Shown piece after piece: positions 9,852 to 16,734 of a stretch of 41,242 nt of DNA (position 1 is its first letter; every line of letters starts with the position of its first letter). Where the stretch lies: the NCBI GenBank assembly GCA_964015055.1, contig CAXHBG010000002.1:1-41242 (forward strand), in the 5' to 3' direction. The position numbers and the translations under genes are program-made. The notes beneath the pieces were generated by a model. That model was not told the origin of the DNA. It made no database searches and saw only the letters and a program-made list of their open reading frames with translations. This DNA is from an uncultured Thermoplasmata archaeon. Its GTDB lineage: Archaea; Thermoplasmatota; Poseidoniia; MGIII; CG-Epi1.

Positions 9852-9929
9852 TGGTGCTCCCGCCGGGATTTGAACCCGGGTGCTCGGCTCGAGAAGCCGA
9901 AATGATGGGCCGGACTACACTACAGGAGC
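9852..9929 (-). tRNA. tRNA-Glu (anticodon CUC), 3' CCA encoded
   Basis: The reverse complement is GCTCCTGTAGTGTAGTCCGGCCCATCATTTCGGCTTCTCGAGCCGAGCACCCGGGTTCAAATCCCGGCGGGAGCACCA. It has a 7-bp acceptor stem, anticodon loop TTCTCGA, T-loop GGTTCAAATCC and a terminal ACCA. Confidence 0.9.
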
Positions 9930-9938
9930 TTTTCCAAA

Positions 9939-12900
9939 TTATTCAGAGTTCTTGTGAAGCCAAATTGCTGTTTCCTTGATTGCTCTTCGGCTTGTGTATT
10001 GAGGAGTCCATCCATGTTTCATTAACTCTTTGATGTCTAACCTCATAAACTTAACGTCACCTTTCCAACCACGACCCCCATCAACTCCACCGGTGAAGGA
10101 ATATTCTACATCGTTTAATTTCATTGCTTTACAAACTTGATCTGCTAAAGTAATAACATCAATTGCATCTTTAGATCCAACATTAAGCGCAATCATTTCT
10201 CCTTTTTCACAAAGTTCTCCTGGAGCCATATTTAGCATTCCAGAAATACAATCTTCTACATGAAAATAAGATTTCTTTTGTTTTCCGTCGCCAAGAATTT
10301 CCAAATTGTTGTTATCTTTTCGGAGTTTATTGACAAAATCAAACGTAACGCCGTGGTTACTTCTCGGACCTACGCAGTTAGCAAAGCGATAGGAAACTCC
10401 TCTGAAATCATTTTCTTTACAGTATTTTTCGATTAATTTTTCAGCATCTAGCTTACTCGTTCCATACGCAGAGATAGGCTTCAATTCAGCAGTTTCTGGG
10501 GTTGGAATTTTCTCAGCATCTCCATATACTGTTGACGTTGATGTAAATACGATATTTTCACAACCAGTTAATTTCATAGCCTCTAAAACACGCTTCGTAA
10601 CATCTACGTTTTGCTCTTGCATTACTTCAGGTTTAGTAATTCCAAGCTGAACTTCAGGATTAGCAGCTAAATGGTACACAATCTTTGCACCCTCGAGATA
10701 TCCTGCAAAGTCCTCATTTAGTAAATCAATATCAATCAATGTAATGTTTTCAATTGATTCTTCGAGGAATTCTAATTGTCCAGATGAAAAGTTATCTAAG
10801 ACAACAACTTCTTCATCTCTCTTTACTAAACGATCAACTAAGTGAGATCCAATGAAACCTGCACCTCCCGTTACAACAACTCTGCGCTTCATATTTTGCT
10901 CAGCCATAGAAACCAGTACTCCAGATTCTAGCTCGGTGGGTTTAGTATTATCTGCATAGTCAGATTTGTCGTCAGCAAAAGATCCGGCCAAAGAGCCGAA
11001 GAAGTCTCCTGTAGTTTTGGTTATATTTTTACTTGTTTTTCCTACAGCACCGAGTACAGTTCTACTTGTATCTCCTGTTACTTTCAATACGGTTCCTCCA
11101 GCGGTTCCTAGTGCACCTACACTAGCATTGATTGGAGCTCCGATGAGTCCTTCTTTGTGAAGACCAAGAGTTTGTGAAACGCCTCCAATAGTTTGTGAAA
11201 CATCTTCCAACTTGATTTCTTCCCAATGTTGGTACAAATAATAGATAACAAGACATAGCCCAATAAACATTACAGTTACTGCAATTTGTAGAGGAGCTAA
11301 GATAGCTAAGACACCCAATCCATAAACGACAGATGCAGACAATATCAATGAGCCACTTATAGCTCCAATCGCAACTGCAGATAAATTTCTATTTGGTGAT
11401 AAACCAATTGCCCTTCCCAAGATGGTACCTCCGACAGCACCAGACCCTTGGAAAGGAAACATAACAAAAACAACAATACCGACAAAAGAAGCCCTCTCTA
11501 ACCAAGGTAAATCTTTCAACATAGCTTTTCCCTTTATCTGTATACGATTTATTCCACTACCTATGAAGGGTATTTTCTTCGCCAAGTCAAAGTTCCAAGT
11601 TAGGAAAACACCTACTGCAATATCGACAAATGCTGTACAGATTGCAATAGCCCAAGGATCAACTCCACCTGCAATTCCAAGCGGAACAACAGTGCCTTTA
11701 CCAAACGGTGGAACAAAATAAACAAGCATAAGTTGAGAAAGAATTAGGAATTCTCTCTGCCCCATACTCAAGAACATTACAACAAAAAAAGCTCCAGTCA
11801 TAATGAATGGTGAAAGAAACTTGAAAAGTCCCAGCATTGCGCTAGGTCCACCGATAGCATATATCAGAATTCCAAGACCCAATACTGCAATACAATCAAA
11901 TGCAATATTCCACCAAAAAGTAATATCAATATCTTTTGAATCAGAATAAATGTATTCATAATTTAAATTTACTGATAAGTTCCCTGAATTTAATTTTTGA
12001 AAACCTTGACCAGTTACACTTCCAGTCTCCCAACCACCGAATGTCGGAGCAGTTCCAGCAGCTAATCCGCCCAATTTTACTTTAGCATTTCCAAAATAAA
12101 GATGAGCTCCGGCTGCGTATTCATCTTCGACATTTCCTCCTACGACTACAATAGCTTCTCCAAGCTCAATAAATGTATGATCAAAAGTTGAAGTAAGAGG
12201 AACGTCGAAATTATAGTTTATTTTTGAGTCTATGAGATAAAAATCATTGACCTCCAAAGCTCTGAATATAACAACATCCATAGAACTTCGTTGAAATATA
12301 CCATCATTTAGTGATGATTGAGACCACTTAGTTCCTGTAATCTCAGTTTTATCAAAAGTAATAGATGTAAAAGTAGAACTTCGAACTAAAAAAGTATCCA
12401 AAACACTCTTTTCGATTCTGCTGGAATCCATATTTACGTTATTGAATAGTACAGCGTTGAATGTCACATTAGACATGACAGATTTACTAAAGTCCACATC
12501 ATTGAAAGTAACTCTTTCAAATTCGCAGTCAATGAAGAAAGAGTCTGTAAATGAATAATCGGAAAATAAGACATCCGTAAATTTTACGTTGGTGAAAACG
12601 GCTGCGGTTAAGTCAGTATCATTGAAATGTACTCTTTGGAATTCCAATCCGCTGGCAAAATTAATATTCATTTCACTATTATTTTCAGAAAGTACCGGAA
12701 ACAATGATTCAGTAGTTCCAGGTTGTAAAATTTTAAAGCTGTCTCCAGGTGCAACAGCAGGATCTAAACCACTGGGAGGAATAGGATATAATCCATTTTC
12801 AATATCTCCATAGTATCTAATATCAGTTAATTTCCCTTCGATTCTAATTTCATCTCCAGAAGAATATTCTAGATATTGCCGATTATTGAATACAGGGTCA

Positions 12901-13307
12901 AAAGAAGCTTCTAAATCTTCAGGATTTTCAGTAATAGCGTACCAAATTCCAGACTGTTCAACACCAACCAATTCTTGGCCATAGCCAGAAAATGTTACGC
13001 CGATTAATCCAATGAAAATGCCAGTTAACAAAATAGGTCTTGCATTTTTCCAAGAATTTTTTAGAGCTCCCACGAAAGCCCATAAGGTATCCATGACTGC
13101 ATCAATTTCATCTCTTTCTCTTTGACTGACAGTTAGCTTTCCTTTTTTCCTAGGGGTATCTAATTTTGTTTGTTTAGTGGTAGTTTTTTTCTTTTCTATA
13201 TCTTTTTTTGTAGTATTTTTCTTGGGCGTTGCTTTTCTTTTGGCAGGAGATTTCTCAGGCGTACCTTTCTTAAACGCCGTCTCTTTTTTCACAGATTTCT
13301 TTGCCAT
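9939..13307 (-). CDS. Multidomain fusion ORF: Lys-rich N-tail, TM, pentapeptide-repeat beta-helix, polytopic membrane domain (COG2426/small-multidrug-export-like), C-terminal NAD-dependent sugar epimerase/dehydratase
   Basis: Uninterrupted 1122-codon frame. aa 223-362 form 28 consecutive 5-residue repeats with F/L/M/I/V/W at the first position. aa ~463-692 contain about seven hydrophobic helices. aa 801-1122 are a complete SDR epimerase (VTGGAGFIGSHL, YGTSKLDAE). Confidence 0.75.
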   Translation of the reverse strand: MAKKSVKKETAFKKGTPEKSPAKRKATPKKNTTKKDIEKKKTTTKQTKLDTPRKKGKLTVSQRERDEIDAVMDTLWAFVGALKNSWKNARPILLTGIFIGLIGVTFSGYGQELVGVEQSGIWYAITENPEDLEASFDPVFNNRQYLEYSSGDEIRIEGKLTDIRYYGDIENGLYPIPPSGLDPAVAPGDSFKILQPGTTESLFPVLSENNSEMNINFASGLEFQRVHFNDTDLTAAVFTNVKFTDVLFSDYSFTDSFFIDCEFERVTFNDVDFSKSVMSNVTFNAVLFNNVNMDSSRIEKSVLDTFLVRSSTFTSITFDKTEITGTKWSQSSLNDGIFQRSSMDVVIFRALEVNDFYLIDSKINYNFDVPLTSTFDHTFIELGEAIVVVGGNVEDEYAAGAHLYFGNAKVKLGGLAAGTAPTFGGWETGSVTGQGFQKLNSGNLSVNLNYEYIYSDSKDIDITFWWNIAFDCIAVLGLGILIYAIGGPSAMLGLFKFLSPFIMTGAFFVVMFLSMGQREFLILSQLMLVYFVPPFGKGTVVPLGIAGGVDPWAIAICTAFVDIAVGVFLTWNFDLAKKIPFIGSGINRIQIKGKAMLKDLPWLERASFVGIVVFVMFPFQGSGAVGGTILGRAIGLSPNRNLSAVAIGAISGSLILSASVVYGLGVLAILAPLQIAVTVMFIGLCLVIYYLYQHWEEIKLEDVSQTIGGVSQTLGLHKEGLIGAPINASVGALGTAGGTVLKVTGDTSRTVLGAVGKTSKNITKTTGDFFGSLAGSFADDKSDYADNTKPTELESGVLVSMAEQNMKRRVVVTGGAGFIGSHLVDRLVKRDEEVVVLDNFSSGQLEFLEESIENITLIDIDLLNEDFAGYLEGAKIVYHLAANPEVQLGITKPEVMQEQNVDVTKRVLEAMKLTGCENIVFTSTSTVYGDAEKIPTPETAELKPISAYGTSKLDAEKLIEKYCKENDFRGVSYRFANCVGPRSNHGVTFDFVNKLRKDNNNLEILGDGKQKKSYFHVEDCISGMLNMAPGELCEKGEMIALNVGSKDAIDVITLADQVCKAMKLNDVEYSFTGGVDGGRGWKGDVKFMRLDIKELMKHGWTPQYTSRRAIKETAIWLHKNSE

Positions 13308-13360
13308 AATTTAGTAAGCCTTCGGAGCCTATATTCCAGACTAATAAATAATATCGTTTG

Positions 13361-13567
13361 TTATCCACCAGAAGCTACTAGAATAATTCTAATTGGTTTT
13401 TCAGGTAAGGCTGTGACTAAGGGAATAGGTTTCATTTTCTCTTCATCAGTGACAACCAAAACACCATCGGGATGTAAATTCAAATAATTGACAAGATCAT
13501 TAGCTGTACTTCCTTCAGGTAAATCTATAGCTTCTATTTTGTCATCGATTGTAACTTGCCATTCCAT
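13361..13567 (-). CDS. ThiS/MoaD-family ubiquitin-like small protein (SAMP-like) with C-terminal Gly-Gly
   Basis: 68 aa with a beta-grasp-like pattern. It ends ...ILVASGG immediately before the stop codon. Confidence 0.7.
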   Translation of the reverse strand: MEWQVTIDDKIEAIDLPEGSTANDLVNYLNLHPDGVLVVTDEEKMKPIPLVTALPEKPIRIILVASGG

Positions 13568-13639
13568 ATACTTTCAAGTTAGAGAGAGTTCAAAATAGTT
13601 ACCGTGAACATTAAGTTCTAACATATCTGGAGACAAACA

Positions 13640-13726
13640 GCCAGGGTCGCATAGTCCGGTATTGCGGTGGCCTCGAAAGCCACTGGGAGCAATCCCTCGG
13701 GAGTTCAAATCTCTCCCCTGGCGCCA
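13640..13726 (+). tRNA. tRNA-Ser (anticodon CGA), class II with long variable arm, 3' CCA encoded
   Basis: GCCAGGG...CCCTGGC acceptor stem, anticodon stem-loop GTGGC-CTCGAAA-GCCAC, variable-arm hairpin GGGA-GCAA-TCCC, T-loop GTTCAAATC, then GCCA. Confidence 0.9.
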
Positions 13727-13739
13727 GAACTCTTTTAAC

Positions 13740-13895
13740 TTAAATTACACCAGATCTAATTAACTCAATAATTACAATGATAATACAAATTATACTAATT
13801 ATAAAACCGATTCGCCCTTTTTTTAACTTGGAAGATGGCCTGAACCCTAATATGGGTTCGACCTTGTCAGCTAATTTTTTTTCAATTTTACTCAT
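13740..13895 (-). CDS. Small (51 aa) single-pass membrane protein, hypothetical
   Basis: Hand-translated ORF below the track cutoff: MSKIEKKLADKVEPILGFRPSSKLKKGRIGFIISIICIIIVIIELIRSGVI. A tttaaatata box lies ~27 nt upstream of the ATG. Confidence 0.4.
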   Translation of the reverse strand: MSKIEKKLADKVEPILGFRPSSKLKKGRIGFIISIICIIIVIIELIRSGVI

Positions 13896-13975
13896 CGATT
13901 ACAATCCGAGGATCTATATTTAAATTTTATAAAAAATTATTCTACGCCAAAATTTGATTTAAAATTTAATATGAG

Positions 13976-14317
13976 TCACGGCAGGACGGGGAAGTCGTCA
14001 TCATCTTCGTCATCGTCATCGTCGTCATCATCATCATCGTCATCGTCATCATCCTCATCATCTTCGTCTTCATCTTCTTCATCTTCGTCTTCATCTTCTT
14101 CATCTTCGTCATCATCTTCGTCTTCATCATCATCGTCATCATCATCTTCGTCATCTTCATCATCATCTTCGTCATCTTCATCGTCATCATCTTCATCGTC
14201 TTCTATGACTGCGTCTGGGACTTCTTCATTATTAGTATTCTCAGCGAATAAATCACTATTAAACCCTGCAAAAGCTCCTAAAATCAGCATTAAAAAAATA
14301 GCATAGTATTTATTCAC
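13976..14317 (-). CDS. Secreted poly-acidic protein (signal peptide + 70 consecutive Asp/Glu)
   Basis: GTG start and signal-like MNKYYAIFLMLILGAFAGFNS. An unbroken run of 70 D/E follows, ending in FPVLP. It is the only one of three overlapping frames with a sensible N-terminus and an upstream TATA box. Confidence 0.55.
   Translation of the reverse strand: MNKYYAIFLMLILGAFAGFNSDLFAENTNNEEVPDAVIEDDEDDDDEDDEDDDEDDEDDDDDDDEDEDDDEDEEDEDEDEEDEDEDDEDDDDDDDDDDDDDDDEDDDDFPVLP
13994..14213. repeat. Imperfect GAY/GAR trinucleotide low-complexity tract
   Basis: About 220 bp of (tca/tcg/tct)n on the plus strand, equal to (gat/gac/gaa/gag)n on the minus strand. All three overlapping track ORFs derive from it. 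Confidence 0.9.
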
Positions 14318-14340
14318 TAAATTGCATCTGTAAATGTCAT

Positions 14341-14350
14341 ATTTATAATA
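14341..14350 (-). promoter_or_regulatory. Putative TATA box for the poly-acidic protein gene
   Basis: atttataata is centred ~28 nt upstream of the GTG at 14317. Confidence 0.35.
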
Positions 14351-14416
14351 TTCAGTGCATCAATGATGTGCACTAAGGCTAAATTTTTGTCTAAATTTTA
14401 CCCACTAGATTTTAAC

Positions 14417-14426
14417 ATTTATATAG
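14417..14426 (+). promoter_or_regulatory. Putative TATA box for the zinc-ribbon ORF
   Basis: atttatatag is centred ~25 nt upstream of the ATG at 14447. Confidence 0.4.
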
Positions 14427-14446
14427 TGTAGATTTAACAATTGCAT

Positions 14447-14572
14447 ATGTTCAAATCGGCAGTTCGCGAAAAATATCATGCAGCTCTTTGCGAAAAATGT
14501 ATGCAAAATGAATCTACAATAGAAGCAGTGTCTACAGATAATAAATTGATTTATATCTGCGGTAGCTGTTAA
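14447..14572 (+). CDS. Small (41 aa) CxxC...CxxC zinc-ribbon protein, hypothetical
   Basis: Hand-translated: MFKSAVREKYHAALCEKCMQNESTIEAVSTDNKLIYICGSC. It has two CxxC pairs 18 residues apart and a well-placed TATA box. Confidence 0.45.
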   Translation: MFKSAVREKYHAALCEKCMQNESTIEAVSTDNKLIYICGSC

Positions 14573-14584
14573 ACCTAATAGCCA

Positions 14585-15595
14585 CTAGTAGTCTATCTGA
14601 CCGTAGTACCTAAACATTTTTTTACCAATTGGGATTTCACTTTGGAAATTTCTCACGTCCTCTGTGGATATTTCACCCATTGCTAGTTTTAGTGATAAAT
14701 AAGGAGCACAATAGTTCTCTCCGTATATGTATGTCGAAACGCGAGGGTTAATTTCCATCAATATTCCGCCTCTGGTTGATATATCAATACAATAATCCAT
14801 CGGAAGGTGAGTCAACAATTTTTTAGCGTATTCAAGGGCGTTATTGTCTTCAATCATTTCAAATCCCATCGCCAAGCCGGAAGCGAAATTTAACCTATTT
14901 TTAACGGAACAAGTTAGCATGTCACCATCTTTAAGGACTGGATCAATCTTCAACTCCACACCATCTAAATATTCCATTACCATTAGTTCAGGAATTTCTC
15001 TCTCACCGACAGTAGATTTTAGCTCATCCATTGATATATATTTTGCAAAAGGCCTTCCATCAAACAAAAGCTCGTACCTGTTAGATTTTTCGGTCATAAC
15101 TCTTACTCCTCGAGCACCCTTTCCTTCTGGAGGTTTGAATACAACGTCTTTTTCAGGATATCCTAATTTTTCAGCAGCTTTAACTAGTTCAGCCAATGTT
15201 TTAACCAAATAGAATTCAGGAACATCAATTTTCCCTTCAAAGTGTTTGTACATTAGATACTTATTTTCACAAATGGCTACTAGTTCATGTTTTGATGCTA
15301 ATAGTCTACAGTGTTTTTCAATTTCCTTGGCGGATTTCGAAAGATAAAACATCTCCCATGAAGTCTGTGGAAATACAATATCAATATTATTTTTTTTGAT
15401 CAAGTTAATTATAGAATCAACATAATTTTCTTCATAAGCCCAAGGAACAACTGCAAAATCGTCACATAGCCACCTACCGATAGCTTGCTCATTTGCATTT
15501 GTACCTAATATGAAAATATCTTTATCTTGCAATTTTAAGTTCGAAATTAAGGCATGAGCTCCAGGACATCCCACTCCCGTTAATAGAACTCTCAT
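14585..15595 (-). CDS. ATP-grasp family carboxylate-amine ligase
   Basis: Canonical ATP-grasp motifs: VVFKPPEGKGARGVRV (phosphate-binding Lys/Gly loop), MVMEYLDGVE (hinge) and ILMEINPRVS (Mg-binding E-x-N). Confidence 0.8.
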   Translation of the reverse strand: MRVLLTGVGCPGAHALISNLKLQDKDIFILGTNANEQAIGRWLCDDFAVVPWAYEENYVDSIINLIKKNNIDIVFPQTSWEMFYLSKSAKEIEKHCRLLASKHELVAICENKYLMYKHFEGKIDVPEFYLVKTLAELVKAAEKLGYPEKDVVFKPPEGKGARGVRVMTEKSNRYELLFDGRPFAKYISMDELKSTVGEREIPELMVMEYLDGVELKIDPVLKDGDMLTCSVKNRLNFASGLAMGFEMIEDNNALEYAKKLLTHLPMDYCIDISTRGGILMEINPRVSTYIYGENYCAPYLSLKLAMGEISTEDVRNFQSEIPIGKKMFRYYGQIDY

Positions 15596-16734
15596 TGTCC
15601 TTCCTCTTTCAGTAATTCATCATATACTTCGAGCATTTTTTTCTCTTGAAGTTCCCATGAGTAATTCATTTTAAATGCTTTATAGCCATTTTCGCCCATT
15701 TTTTTTCTAAGATCTTTGTCGTTAGCTAAAGTAGTCAGGGCATCAGCCCAATCTTCAGTTACAAGGCCACATTCATATCTTTTAACTATTTTTTGACGAG
15801 CTTCATAGGGCCCTACAATAACCGGAACTTTGTAAGCCATGGAATCTAATAATTTCTTTGGTAAAGCATAGCCTCTCATTCTTTCATCAACATAATGTCC
15901 TACCATTAGAATATCACATGCAGCGTAGCATTCATTCATCATACTATATGGTAAAGGCCCAGTAAACTTAGCGTTAGCACCTTTTTCTAAAGCCAACTCT
16001 TCAAGTTCAGAAATCATATCTGTATATCCTGAATGTCCTTTAGGAGGCCCCCCTACAATTAAAACACTTAATGCATTAACTTTAGACGCAGCATCTAGTA
16101 TTTCTTCTAGAATAGGCTTTCTTAACCCTCCAATATAGCCTGCAACTATACCATCCAAACCGAATTTATCGTGTAAAACTGGTTCTTTGACAGTTTCCAG
16201 TAGCTCAGAATTATACAAAACAGTACCGCCACCTAATCGAAGAGCCAGTTCATCTGAAACAGTGAACATTGCATCTACAGTTCCAATTAATTTTTTCTGT
16301 TTTCTTTCATAATATTTTCCAATAAACCAGTTTTGAACACTTTCCATCATTGGCCAATCTTCATGAGAATCAAAGATAATTTTAGTACCAGTTTTATTCT
16401 TTATATTTACAGCAACATCAAGAACTTCTAAATCGTGAGCATGAACAATATCGGGTTCATACTCAATAACTTTTTCTTCAAGCTTTTTTAGAGCTTTTCT
16501 AAAACTTTTAACTTTGGAAAAGAACCCTCCTTTCAAATCTTCAAAAATTCGAACGACCTTGATTCCGTCTCTCTCAACTTCCCATTTTGTATCATATTTC
16601 TCTAATCGCCTAGACCAACAAAAAACAGTTACTTCATATCCTGCTTTGATTAGGGCTAAAGCTTCTCGATAAACTCTAGTATCTTCATTTGGAATAAGCA
16701 AATCATGACCTAAAACCATTGCAATTTTCGTCAT
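15592..16734 (-). CDS. Glycosyltransferase, GT-B fold, family 4-like
   Basis: Two Rossmann-like halves. The C-terminal half has the typical LPKKLLDSMAYKVPVIV...GLV nucleotide-sugar binding region. 4-nt overlaps with both neighbours. Confidence 0.8.
   Translation of the reverse strand: MTKIAMVLGHDLLIPNEDTRVYREALALIKAGYEVTVFCWSRRLEKYDTKWEVERDGIKVVRIFEDLKGGFFSKVKSFRKALKKLEEKVIEYEPDIVHAHDLEVLDVAVNIKNKTGTKIIFDSHEDWPMMESVQNWFIGKYYERKQKKLIGTVDAMFTVSDELALRLGGGTVLYNSELLETVKEPVLHDKFGLDGIVAGYIGGLRKPILEEILDAASKVNALSVLIVGGPPKGHSGYTDMISELEELALEKGANAKFTGPLPYSMMNECYAACDILMVGHYVDERMRGYALPKKLLDSMAYKVPVIVGPYEARQKIVKRYECGLVTEDWADALTTLANDKDLRKKMGENGYKAFKMNYSWELQEKKMLEVYDELLKEEGQ

Noticed and set aside
13308-13360. 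Possible hairpin or terminator around gccttcggagcc between the SAMP-like gene and the 1122-aa ORF
   Set aside because: The segment forms only a 2-bp stem around a tetraloop and has no oligo-T tract. The nearby ggaatatagg box ~30 nt upstream of the ATG is more simply a promoter element.
10966-13487. Antisense ORFs within the 1122-aa gene (10966-11160, 11422-11721, 12589-12813, 13170-13487)
   Set aside because: They have low-complexity, Pro/Ser/Thr- or Phe-rich compositions typical of the antisense of a real gene. None has family resemblance or start context.
13966-14306. Poly-Ser ORF (plus strand, 13971-14306) and Met/Lys/Thr-rich ORF (minus strand, 13966-14196) over the trinucleotide repeat
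   Set aside because: Both are alternative frames of the same low-complexity tract. Neither has a plausible N-terminus or promoter geometry. The Asp/Glu frame has a signal peptide and a TATA box, so only that frame is called, and even it only at moderate confidence.
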